Part shown: positions 1 to 10,604 of the stretch, piece after piece
How the letters are laid out: each line of letters opens with the position of its first letter
How positions within the stretch are numbered: position 1 is the stretch's first letter
Origin: Chiloscyllium plagiosum
Taxonomy: Eukaryota
Assembly: GCF_004010195.1 (NCBI RefSeq)
Contig: NC_057719.1
Location: 64,425,794-64,463,229, forward strand
DNA length: 37,436 nt
Reading direction: 5' to 3'
Notes under the pieces: generated by a model
Databases searched by the model: none
Seen by the model: only the letters and a program-made list of their open reading frames with translations
What the model was told of the DNA's origin: nothing
Program-made: the position numbers and the translations under genes

Positions 1-110
1 TACGCTCCTCAGACAAATAACTTACTAACCTATCCCACTCCTCAAGGACTTCTTCATTTTTTAATCCATTTTGAGGCGCAACAATATCCACATCATCAGG
101 ATTTGAATCC

Positions 111-1230
111 TCACTCTGCAGGGCAGTAACTAACATCTGTTTCTCCAGTTCTTTCTCTCCAGTATAATACAGTTTCAACATGTTCACATAACATATTCAA
201 TACCTTTTTTCTATCTGGCACCTTTACTAAATAGTTCACGTGATGAAACATTTTCTCAATTTGATGGGGACCACTAAACCTGGCTTTGAAGGGATCTCCT
301 ATCACTGGTAACAGTACTAACACATCTTCCCTTTGGGAAAACGTCTGAGTCTCAGAGCTTTTATCTGCCACCTGCTTCATTCTGTACTGTATCCTCTTTA
401 GATGCTGTTTAATTAACTCACCTACTCAATTTAGCTTCTCCCTCACCTCTGATACATAATCCAAGTGTGAGATCTCTGACTTTGACTTTGATCCTGTCAA
501 TTTTTCTTTAATTAATTTCAAAGGGCGTCTCACTTCATGACTGAATATTAACTTGAAGGGAGTGAACTGAGTAGATTCATTTGGAGCATCTCTAATGGCA
601 AACAATACGAGTGGGATACCTTTATCCCAATCATGCGAGTAATCCTGACAGTAAGCTCTAAACATGGTCTTCAAGATCTCATGCCACCTTTCTAAAACTC
701 TCTGGGATTCAGGATGATTTGCACTGGATTTAAAGTGCTGTAAAGCCAAGCTATCCATAACCTTCTTAAGCAGCCTGGCAGTAAAATGTGACCCTTGGTC
801 CGACTGAATCTCTTTGGGTAGCCCATACCAAGTGAGGAGAGCTACTAACTCCTCTACCACCTTTTTTGCTTCATACTCCTTAATGGAATTGCCTTTGGAA
901 ATCTGGTAGACACATCTATTTTGTTAACAAGTACTGGTTCCCACTTTTAGTTCTTGGGAGGGGACCTACATAATCGATTATAAGCCGTGCGAAAAGTTCT
1001 TCAAATGCAGGAATTGGCAACAAAAGTGCTGGTTTTATTACCGCCTGTGGCTTACCTATCATTTGGTACGTATGACACGTATGGCAAAAGTTAACCTCAT
1101 CCTTGTGCATTCCAGGCCAATAAAAATATTTTTGTATCTTAGCCTGAGTCTTTCGTACCCCTAGGTGACCTCCTACAGGTAGTTTATATGCTACTGGCAA
1201 CACAATCTGGTGCACTTTGGCCCATTTCTC
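111..1230 (-). pseudogene. pol: Integrase region of pol (H2C2 zinc domain, DDE core, GPY/F-like C-terminus), frameshifted
   Basis: GHLGVRKTQAKIQKYFYWPGMHKDEVNFCHTCHTYQMIGK (ORF 916-1215); IIDYVGPLPRTKSGNQYLLT; GLPKEIQSDQGSHF...ESQRVLERWHEILKTM...FAIRDAPNESTQFTPF (ORF 426-860); RFSGPHQIEK (ORF 111-380). Confidence 0.93.
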
Positions 1231-1273
1231 CTCTGCACTAACCTGCCGTCATCTCCATTTCCATCTTAGGATT

Positions 1274-2210
1274 CTATCTTTCAGATAATAACCTTCTGGA
1301 ATATTCTTTGTCTCCTTTTTCAGAGTACGCATCCACATGCATATCTTTTATCCTCTTATCTTGCTGTTGCAAGTCTCTTAGCCTTTCAGGACTAAACACT
1401 TCTGTTTGACCCTCTGCCTGTTCAGGTTTTTCCTGCACCATTACGTCAAACAAGATATCCACTAACTGAACCTCAGCTCCTTCATCTTTTTCTTTACTTT
1501 TCACTTTGTGCTGTGACTTATGATAGTGGGACCTGGTCACCACACAGTCTGGGAAAATACCAGGATATTTCTGTTTGAACTCTTCAGTTTCTTGGTCATC
1601 CTTGGGCTTCTCCACAACAAGGGGTGTCACTCTCACCTTGGATCCTGCCAAATCATTCTCAAGAACAAACTGAATTCCTGGAACTGACACTCCGTTAATC
1701 ACTTCCATTGTAATTTCTCCATTCTTAAGATTAGATTAGATTCCCTACAGTGTGGAAACAAGCCCTTCGACTCAACCAGTCCACACCGACCCACCGAAGA
1801 GTAACCCACCCAGACTCATTTCCCTCTGACTAATGCACCTAACACTATGGGCAGTTTAGCATGGCCAATTCATCTGACCTGCACATCTTTGGACTGTGGG
1901 AGGAAACTGGAGCACCCAGAGGAAACCCACGCAGACATGGGAAGAATGTGCAAACTCCACACAGACAGTCACCCAAGGCTGGAATCTAATCTGGGACCCT
2001 GGTGCTGTGAGGCAGCAGTGCTAACCACTGAGCCGTGTGCCGCCCCACGGTGTTGGCACTCCAACCTGATCTTTCATAAGGGAATGCTATATTTCTGTCC
2101 ATCAATCCCACATATTACCACACTCTCGGGTAACAGATCAGAAAGAGTGCATATTCGCTCATCCCTTACTATCGGATACTGGTTAGATCCTGTATCTCTC
2201 AAGATTATAC
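1274..2210 (-). pseudogene. pol: Aspartic protease plus linker of pol, interrupted by a SINE
   Basis: Manual translation gives IILRDTGSNQ, with the DTG codons at 2196-2188. After the SINE it continues GIQFVLENDLAG (LGND-type flap/C-terminal motif) and FPDCVVTRS (ORF 1274-1708). Confidence 0.8.
1729..2046 (-). mobile_element. HE1-like tRNA-derived SINE inserted in the protease region
   Basis: Reverse complement starts GGGGCGGCACACGGCTCAGTGGTTAGCACTGCTGCCTCACAGC and ends TTTCCACACTGTAGGGAATCTAATCTAATC. Homologous to copies at 14880, 20413, 25244 and 30370. Confidence 0.92.
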
Positions 2211-3670
2211 CTCCTGTCCTTCTTCCCCGATTCTTTTTGCGTAAATGTTACCCACAGAGGTGAATTCTTTGTAGAGATCAGGTACTAACTCCACTCCACA
2301 CCCTTGGCTGTGCACTCTCCTGCAGCTCCTCGGCTCTTCTTTACTAGTGAATGTCACTGGCTTAGCTTCTTTTACCACATCTTTTCCCACAGCATCTTTC
2401 TTTAATGACCAGCATTGTGACTTTACATGTCCCACTTTACCACAGTGGAAACACCTGAGGCCTTTCACCTACTTTCCACCCTCTTGGGCTTCTTTTTTAT
2501 CCTGTGGTAAATTCTTACCAGCGCTCTCTACTCTTGGTTTCGTAGTGTAGGATCTCTTCTTCTCCCAACTTCTATCCCTCACAAGACAAAATTCTGCCAG
2601 AAGCTTGCCTTATGCACCAGCATGTACGTACCTACTAATTCTGCTGCCCTTCTCGCTTCCTGAACGTTCTGTTCCTCCACGTGAATTCTTACCATCTCTG
2701 GAAGTGAGTTTTTAAACTTCTCCAGTAGAATAATCTCTCTCAGAGCCTCAAATGTCTTACCTGTTTTCAAAGCACACACCCATCGATCAAAATGACTGAG
2801 TTTGAAAGAATTAAACAATATAAGTCTGACCTGGTTCCTTCTTTGTGTTTCTGAACCACTGTTGAAACTTTATTGCTGGAACAGCACAGCAGGTCAGGCT
2901 GGATGCTGCCTGACCTGCTGTGCTGTTCCAGCAATAAAGTTTCAACTTTGATCTCCAGCATCTGCAGACCTCACTTTCTCCTTTCTGAACCACTGCCTAT
3001 ATGCTTCTGGTACCAATTCGTAAACACTTAAAATAGCCTGTTTAACCTCTTCATAATCTCTTGACACCTCATCTGACATGCGGCAAATACCTCACTAGCT
3101 CTGCCAACCAGTTTAGTCTGAACTAGCATTACCCATAAATCCTTGCACCACTCCATCTACCTAGCCAATTTTTGAAAGGAAATAAAGAAGGCTTTCTCAT
3201 CAAAATGTGGTAGAGTTTTGACATATTTATATATATTCACTACCTTCTCTTTTAATTCCCATCCTGTTAACTTGACTTTGCTGACTAAGTCACAACTTCT
3301 CAAGTTCAAATTCTCTCTCTTTAACTCCCTTTCTGCTCTTTCTTTGCTCAGCTAAGAACCTTCTCTCTTTTTCCTTCTCTCCCTTTCTCCTTCTCTTTCC
3401 TCTCTCTCCCTTTTGTTTATCTTCTAACTCCATTTTCCTCAATTGTAATTTAAATTTTACTACCTCTACTGCATTTGTCTGTCTCTCTGACACACCTAAG
3501 TGTTTGAGTAATTCCCTTACAATTTCAGCTTTACTTTTGTGCTTGGTTAAACCCAAATCTAACTTATTTGCTAATTCTCAAAATATGGCCCTTTTCTTTC
3601 CTTCTTACCTTTGAAGATGATTCTCAAATTTGTCAAATCCCAGAACCTCTTTAGCAATTTTAAGAGCCAT
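2205..3670 (-). pseudogene. gag: gag: N-terminal coiled-coil region, SCAN-like capsid domain, CCHC zinc knuckle
   Basis: Likely ATG at 3670 (minus). VKQAILSVYELVPEAYRQWFRN...FDRWV...LREIILLEKFKNSLPEMVRIHVEE...ARRAAELV is SCAN-like; CFHCGKVGHVKSQC is a CX2CX4HX4C knuckle. Confidence 0.88.
2861..2981. mobile_element. Small Penelope-tail insertion with a perfect 39-bp inverted repeat and a 14-bp TSD
   Basis: Arms 2861-2899 and 2908-2946 are exact reverse complements with an 8-nt loop. TTTCTGAACCACTG occurs at 2848-2861 and 2982-2995. GGATGCTGCCTGACCTGCTG matches the tail at 23147-23180. Confidence 0.88.
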
Positions 3671-3822
3671 TTCTCTCACTTTTAATTTAAAACAATCACA
3701 AGTCACCAAATTAAACAAATTGCCTCATCCACGTTTTATTTAAAGATTTGAGACACTAACCTGCAAGTGTTTAAATATGCTGGGACTTTTCATACACCCA
3801 AATCTATTCAAATCTGTCTAAA

Positions 3823-3852
3823 CCAGTTCAAATCATGGACCCGAGTTCCCTA
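3823..3852 (-). promoter_or_regulatory. Degenerate primer-binding site, tRNA-Pro-like
   Basis: Minus strand TAGGGAACTCGGGTCCATGATTTGAACTGG lies 2 nt after the LTR end and resembles the complement of the tRNA-Pro 3' end (TGGGGGCTCGTCCGGGATTTGAACCCGG) with several mismatches. Confidence 0.55.
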
Positions 3853-3854
3853 CC

Positions 3855-4557
3855 TGTTACAACACGGGGTAATCCCTCCTGCTTAATTTAAAACCAGCCA
3901 CACAGAAAAGACTTATTCCATGCAGTAATCTGTGAAAATTTGATGAGCCAACAAAGTAAAAATTAACAACTTTATTTCTTAAAGTATAACAGAGAATAAT
4001 TGACTTACAACTATTTACAACTCCTTCCTCTAACCTATCTTTCACCTGCCCTTCTATGATACTAGTCCGACAAAACTCCCAATTAAGATTTACAGAAATA
4101 TCCAAATTTGAAAACCAGCCAACAGTCGAATCTTCTCTTTATCTTCGTCAGTAGATTGGCTTTCCAGGTCAGTGTTGAGGTTTTCCTCTATGCAAACTCC
4201 TTCTCTAGACAGGTACCTCTCAGAATGTTCTGACCAGCAGTCTGCATCTGTTGGTTGAGTGGCAGGTCTCCTTCCAACTGTTCAATATTCCCCGGTCTTA
4301 TACCCCAAAACATCGGATTGTGTCATTGGCTTTTAAGATTGTCAATATATTCAATTCAAACTTGACTGGAATTTAGTATTTTTCAGGGTATAATTTAAAA
4401 TGATTGGTCTAATTTGAATCTGTTTTGTCATTTCCAGGAAACCAGCTCCTCTTGTAGCTGGAGCACATGTAACATTATGTCTTATTGAGAACACATGCTG
4501 CTGTCACTGCTAGCTTTTACACTCTTAAAGGTATAATTCACCCACATCTTCATTACA
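3855..4557 (-). repeat. 5' LTR (about 700 bp) of the Gypsy element
   Basis: Minus strand begins TGTAATG (4557) and ends GTAACA (3855). TATAAG box near 4302-4297 and AATAAA at 3976-3971, followed by the PBS-like site. The partner LTR is not in the window. Confidence 0.7.
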
Positions 4558-5414
4558 CTTAAAAAAAATGGCATCATGTTAGGTAAGCATTTGAAATATC
4601 TATCCCTGTGACCTCCTCCCACTATGAGACCATGGTTTCCCTGAAAATTAATTTATGGGGCTGTCTCAATAGTTTACTTTTGTCAACTGTTTAACACAAC
4701 CGGTCAGTGTTTTAGGAATGCTGTCTGCTGATTCCCATTTGTAAACCATCATCGAACCCCTCTGAGCCACATCCCCTGTGTGCTGTGCCTGTCCCTTAGC
4801 ACTGTATCCATGACCTGAGCTTCTTACTGTTGTTTCAGCTTTTGAAGAATACAGTCACTGCAAGATCAGGACATTTTATCCACAGTGGCAACAGCAATGA
4901 TCAGAGGTAGAAGCTTGGAATCAATATGAGGAAAGACTCCAAGAATAGACTTTGTGGAAGTAGAGACAAAAACACAATTGTGGCACATGTCATGTGTGAG
5001 GGTGGTGTGAGGTTGGATGGTCTCTTGGATGGGATGGGAAAGAAGGACATGTTGTGAAAAGTAAGGCCAGGAGAAATTGATGAAAGCTTCATGGGGAACA
5101 TACATGGGGAAGGAATAGGAAAACCAAAATTGACATTATATTGAAGAGAAAAATGAGAGTTTGGTGCTGATTGGTCAAGGCAGCGTGGGAAGAACAGAAA
5201 CGTTGGATTTTTGCATTTTCTGCATTTTCAGCATTTTCATTACTTTTTACTTCAGGTTTTCAACAGTTCTGTTTTATCTTGGACTCCTCAACATTGACTC
5301 TGAGCCACTTGAAGTCTCAAGGCATCAGGTTAAACATGGGCAAGAAAACCTGCTGTTTGCTGTTGACATGAACAATCCCAAGTGTACTTTGCAAATGGTG
5401 CTTGTAAAGGACAA

Positions 5415-6478
5415 ACCTGCTCAGTTTGGGTTCCGTCAGGACCATTTGGCTTCTGAATCATTACAAACTTGATCCAAACATGGATAATAGAGCTGAATTC
5501 CAGAGGAGAGTTCCAACTGGACGTCTTGACATCAAAGCTATATGCGACTAATTGTAACCTCAAGAAGTCCTAGCAAATCCAAAGTCAATGGGAACTGGGG
5601 GAATATTCTCCTTTTGTTGGAGTTATACTTATTACAAAGGAAGATTGTAGTTGTTAGAGGTCAAACATCTCAGCTCCAGGACATCAGTGCATGAGTTCCT
5701 CAGGCAGCTATCCTTAGACAAGTATCCTCAGCTGCTTCATCAATGACCTTCCCTCTATAAGAAGGTCAGAGATGGTGATGTTTGCTGACAATTGTGCAAT
5801 GTTGAGCACCATTTGTGATTCCTCAGATATTGGGGTAACCCAAATGCAGCAAGACCTGGACCAAATCCAGGGTTGGCAACATTCAAATTTGACTGAGAAG
5901 TGGCAAGTAACATTCGTGCCACACAATTGTAAGACAGTGACCATCTCCAAAAGAGAATCTAAACATTGCCCCTTGACATTCAATAAATCCCCTCCCACCC
6001 ATCCCCAATCAACATTGACGTAAGTACTGTGGCTATAAGAACAGGCCAGAGGCTTGAAACGTATATCACCTTTCTCTCACCCCATGCCAGTAAAAGGTGC
6101 AAGTCAGGGGTGTCATGGAGTACTTTCCAATTGCCTGGGTTAGTGCAACTCCTTAAAAGCTCAAGAAGTTTAACACCATCAGAATAAAGCTTCACGCTTA
6201 ACTGGCATCCCATTCAAGTTTAATTCCCTTCATGACCAACCAACACAGTAGCAGTGTGTACCATCTCCAAGATGCACTGCAGGGTACACCACTCTGACAG
6301 CACGTCCTGAACCTATGCCCTTCACCACTCAGAGGACACAGGAGTATCAGGTGTATGGGAACAGTGGCACCTTCAAGTCCCCTTCCTAGCCAAACACTAT
6401 CATGACTTGAAAATATCGCTCTTCCCTTTTCTGTCACTCGGTTAAAATTCTGGAGCTCCCTCCCTAACAGCACTGTGC
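5415..6478 (+). mobile_element. Old CR1/L2-group LINE (family B), RT region and 3' part, decayed
   Basis: QFGFRQDH...ELNSRGE...LDIK and FINDLPS.RRSEMVMFADN (RT motif C-like). Colinear homology with 32680-33555. Confidence 0.85.
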
Positions 6479-6954
6479 AGCAAGTTTGATAGTTTTCTAG
6501 GTTGCGATAGGTAAATCTGGTTTAGAAACTGGAGTGTAATGACTGGCTGCATTGCGTCACTAACCTTGCTCATTCCAAACAAAGATCCTCACATGCACAC
6601 CGAATATCCATAAGTGATCAGCTGGTCACTATAGCAACAATGGTGCTACTTGTTGAACTTTGCACTGTCAGAGATAAAAGATTGAATCAAGGTTGAACTA
6701 AGGTTCCAATACTAAATGTCATGTTTATTTTAACAAGATAAAATGAAACTACACAAAATATTTCACAGAGATCTAGAATTACTGATGTGGTTTTATTTAA
6801 AAATGAATTTAAAATGTATTAAAAATGAATCCATTTTTTTGGACATGTTATGACACACCAAAACGGCAGACATGACTTGAACATTCTGATCCAGAGGTAG
6901 GGACATTATCATCACATCAAGACCTCTAATTATTTCTAAAAGTATGTGGTTATC

Positions 6955-7053
6955 TTCTTGCCGTGCAGTGGTAGTGTCCAGGAAGCCTGGGTTCAAGTCC
7001 CACCTGCTTCAGAGGTATATAATAACAACCCTGAACAGGTAGGTTAAAAAAAT
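6955..7053 (+). mobile_element. Short tRNA-derived SINE remnant
   Basis: A-box-like TGCAGTGG, B-box GGTTCAAGTCCC, and an A-rich tail. Confidence 0.5.
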
Positions 7054-8269
7054 AGATGAATAAAATAAAATTAACTCAAAAAACACCCTGTGCAGTATTT
7101 ATTAGCACAGATGCAACATATCTATGAGACTCCTTCCAAATCTTGTGATTTGATCATCTGGTCAGACTCCCTTATGGGATTATTTCCCATATGTCACAGC
7201 TTGTCTATAATTAACCCATCAAACATTCCAGGGGTTTGTTTTATTTGGGAGAAGGGGTGAGAATGACATTGGCGAGATTGCAAGATTGAAACTTCCATTT
7301 TGAACTTGTCAGCAAAATTGCCGCTAGGGGTTGGACTAAATGCAAAAATGCTTTGATCCATTGATAAATTGATCTGTGTTTAAAAAGCAAAATAAAGCCC
7401 CTCAGAAATATTTTATTCTCTTTATGACACTATATTTATTATAGAATTTGTTTAAGGTGGAATTGTCATGGACACGTCTTGAAGTGTACCAGGGGCAGCA
7501 TCTCACCGGCAATGGGATGGATGCAGGGAGGGGTGAGAGATCAATGTTGAGGGGTCTGACAAAATCGTAGAAATAGACTTTGGACTAAGAAACTGACATC
7601 TTCCTGCCTGTATTCCAGAGGCAGGTTGATGGTGCCATCTTCAAATATGCAACCTATTAAAATTGTTTGAACATTTTACACCATTTTTAGAGATGTGATA
7701 TCTCTTTCCAAACAGCACATTGGTTGCACTTCAAAATCAGCAGCTCAGCAAGGGAAGGAAGTTGACTATACAACAGGATAGTAATGACATTTCAAGCAGC
7801 TATCATTGCAGCATGACATAGGGGGAAGACCACAGTAACTGGGCCAGCTACATAAAGGAAGGTCTGACAAGAGCACCTCCTTGAAACAGTTTTGTATACT
7901 TCATTGCAAGAATGAGCTTGTTTCAATTTGTAGTCAACAAGGGTGACATCAACATTTAAAGCGGTGACCTGGGATATAGGGTGGGGGGTGCTGTACCCCT
8001 TCCAAAGTGGATTGGTCTACTGAGCAGGAGAGACATGGATTTCTGCAGCTTGCTATCGAGCAGGTCTATCACCTTGCTTACAAAAAAAGGTTTTAGGTGC
8101 TTTGACCAGGGGGGGTATCGTTTGGTACGGGCCAGCAAGGATCTTTTCCATAGTGGTGATGTGCTATGCCATGCACAGCATGGCACTACAGAGTGAAATG
8201 GAGCTAGTGGCTCAGAATGCTGAGGACACAAAAAGTTCCTCAGATCAGATTAAGCTGTGAATATTGAGA

Positions 8270-8312
8270 TGCTGCCTGACCAGCTGTTCTTTTTCCAGCA
8301 CCATACTCTCGA
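8270..8312 (+). mobile_element. 43-bp Penelope-tail micro-insertion with a 15-bp TSD
   Basis: CTGTGAATATTGAGA occurs at 8255-8269 and 8313-8327. The enclosed TGCTGCCTGACCAGCTGTTCTTTTTCCAGCACCATACTCTCG matches the Penelope tails at 23150-23185 and 14985-15025 (minus). Confidence 0.82.
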
Positions 8313-8409
8313 CTGTGAATATTGAGAGGTCAATATGATGGCTCCTGGCGAGGACCTGCATGCCAGAGAAGTCTGAAACTCCCTTATTGACTGAGGGAAG
8401 CGCACATAT

Positions 8410-8620
8410 CAAAGGTAAAGTCACCATCATCTTACCAGACAATAGGGCTGCTCTCATTAGAAAGAGATGTCTGGTGGTGGTTTAACCTGAAGCTCACCAC
8501 GTCTAAGGCAAGGGGAGAGGTTGAGAAGGAGAAACCTTTATGGTGACCTCAGCCCATGTGGGAATTGAACCCACATTGTTAGCATCACTCTGCATTAGTA
8601 ACCTAAGCACCAATCACTCA
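8410..8620 (-). mobile_element. tRNA-derived SINE (not HE1) ending in TTTACCTTT
   Basis: Minus-strand B-box GGGTTCAATTCC near 8572-8561; 3' end GGTGACTTTACCTTT. Confidence 0.6.
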
Positions 8621-8629
8621 AAACCAGCT

Positions 8630-8836
8630 TTACTGGTGGGGCCATGTTTTCATGCCTGACACCTCACTCCCAAATTAACTCTTCTTTTCAAACTTGATAC
8701 TGCAGGTGACTCCTAGGAGGACAGCAAGAAAAAAACTTTAGGGATGTCCTCAAAGTGTCTCTTAAGGCGTCAAACATCCCTCCTGACCAATGGGAGAGCC
8801 TGGACTCTGACTAGCCAAAATGAAGAAGGCTGTTCA
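8630..8836 (+). mobile_element. RTE-clade LINE C-terminal fragment
   Basis: GGQQEKNFRDVLKVSLKASNIPPDQWESLDSD*PK*RRL is typical of the RTE ORF C-terminus and is homologous to 19780-19970. Confidence 0.65.
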
Positions 8837-9559
8837 ACCCTGTTAACCAGTATTAAGTTAAAGAGGTGAAATTAATGGGGTGGGGGGGGTCATGGTGAGG
8901 GCACAGGGATGTGGGGAGGGGCACTGGGTGGGCAGGGGGAGTTTGGTTCAGACTGTACAAGCCTTAAAACAAACCATCCAGTTAACCCTTCGAGCATCTC
9001 CAGGCCTACGTGTGGGTCACAGTTTGGACTTGTCAAAAACTTCAAAACCAATTGCACTTTGATCCTGAGAAAATGATTTAATCCACTCCAGGTCAGTGTT
9101 GGATTGGGAATTAGATAGACAAATGCACAACCCAAAGAATGAAGCATTCTTTGAATTAGAAGTTTACTATTTTTCAGTGCTGCTTTAGATTCTGCAGCCA
9201 TCCAAATCCCTTTCTGCCACTTAAAGTTTTGTGGCATTCTCTTCCTCTTCTCCACCTGGTGCTACCCCTCTGACCCCAGCAAGAAGGCAAGCTGCTCAGT
9301 TCCAGGTTCTGACACTTTGCATTCCTGTGGTACGTATCCTCTGGGTAGTGGGGTGTCTGAGGGCCGCGACAACAATTGGCCCATCTGCATATGTACAGGA
9401 ACAGGCTTGGTCATGATTTTGGGTCTCTGCTGCTGTACCTCTGTCAAAGGGGCTTTTGGGAAAGGCTCCCTGTCAGCTGCATTGAGCAGAGGCTATGATG
9501 CTATCATCTGTACCTACATTTTACTTTTCAGGTTGGCCTGCTGGTCAAATATGTAAAAC

Positions 9560-10065
9560 ATTGTTTTCTGTTTTAAGAATGTGGGCATTGCTGGCTGGAC
9601 CACCGCTTATTGCCCTGAAGGAGATGGTGAGCTGCTTTCTTGAGCTAACGTAGTGTTTGGGTGTAGGGACACCCACAGTGCTGTTAGGAATGGGGTTCCA
9701 GGGTGCTAAGCCAGCGACATTGATTGAGTAGTGATATACTTCCAAGTTCCAAGTCAGTGTGGTGTGTAGCTTGGAGGGAGCTTGTCAGTGGTAGCATTCC
9801 CTTGTTGTCCTTGAACTACAGGTGGTAGACATTGTGGATTTGGAAGAAGCTATCAGAGCAGCCTTGGTGAGTTACTGTGGTACATGTTGTAGAAGGACCA
9901 CAATGCTGCCGTTGTGCATTGGTGGTATCGGAGTGAATGTTGAAGTTAGTGGACGGGGTGCCAATCAAGCAGGCTGCGTTGTCTTCGATGATGTCAAGCT
10001 CCTTAAGTGTTGTTGGAGGTGCTCTCATCCAGGCAAGGGTAGAATATTTTGTCATACTGCTGACA
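9560..10065 (-). mobile_element. Family B LINE 3' fragment
   Basis: ORF 9816-10055 (KYSTLAWMRAPPTTLKELDIIEDNAACLIG) matches 33334-33684 and 6100-6480. The 3' tail points left. Confidence 0.82.
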
Positions 10066-10604
10066 AGTTACTTCGGAAGTTAAACATTCTTTCTAAAGCT
10101 AACGGGTGACATGCGAATGTAGGTCTTCATCTCCAAGATCAAAAGATGATCTGGCTTTTCCCCACCCAAGTCCTCATATCATCAGATTGGATAAATGTTC
10201 CAAAACTAATCTTCTCAGAACCTTTACCCAATGCAACAACTTAATGCTACTAATAAGAACATAACTGTAGAAAAAGGAATGAGAGTGGACCTCCTTGATG
10301 CTTAACCTGATGGTTTCTCTCTCTACTGTATTTAGAACTTAAACATTTCTGCTGTATGTTTCTGACCAATTAAAGGAGCTGTCTGATCAGAACTATTGAG
10401 GTTTTGAGCATATTTTCCTCAGGTTCGTATAGTTGAGGTAGCAGTATAGTACATTTGTTTGCTATTTTAATGCTGTTCGAAGGAATTGACAGCTGCTCGT
10501 TTTTCTTGCAGTGATCATTTGACTGCATTCAGAATAAAGAATTTTTCCAGCACCATTTTCTACCTCTCAACCTCTCAATGGAGTTTAATTCAGATAACTG
10601 TAAG

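Larger units (their letters stand above)
1..4557 (-). mobile_element. Ty3/Gypsy LTR retrotransposon, Gmr1-like (5' LTR-PBS-gag[SCAN, CCHC]-protease-integrase), decayed, continues beyond the left edge of the window
   Basis: Minus-strand fragments in colinear order: LTR 4557-3855, gag with SCAN-like and CCHC motifs, protease ILRDTGS, H2C2 integrase zinc domain, rve core and a GPY/F-like motif. Many frameshifts and stops, and two nested insertions. Confidence 0.93.

Noticed and set aside
1847..2263. ORFs containing WPIHLTCTSLDCGRKLEHPEETHAD (also 25242-25568 and 30391-30690)
   Set aside because: Antisense translations of HE1-like SINEs, not a protein family.
5210..5240. (GCATTTTC)x3 short tandem repeat
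   Set aside because: Too short and ordinary; not a CRISPR-like array because there are no spacers.
10421..10452. let-7-like words (TGAGGTAG, GTATAGTT)
   Set aside because: No full mature sequence and no complementary star arm or hairpin.
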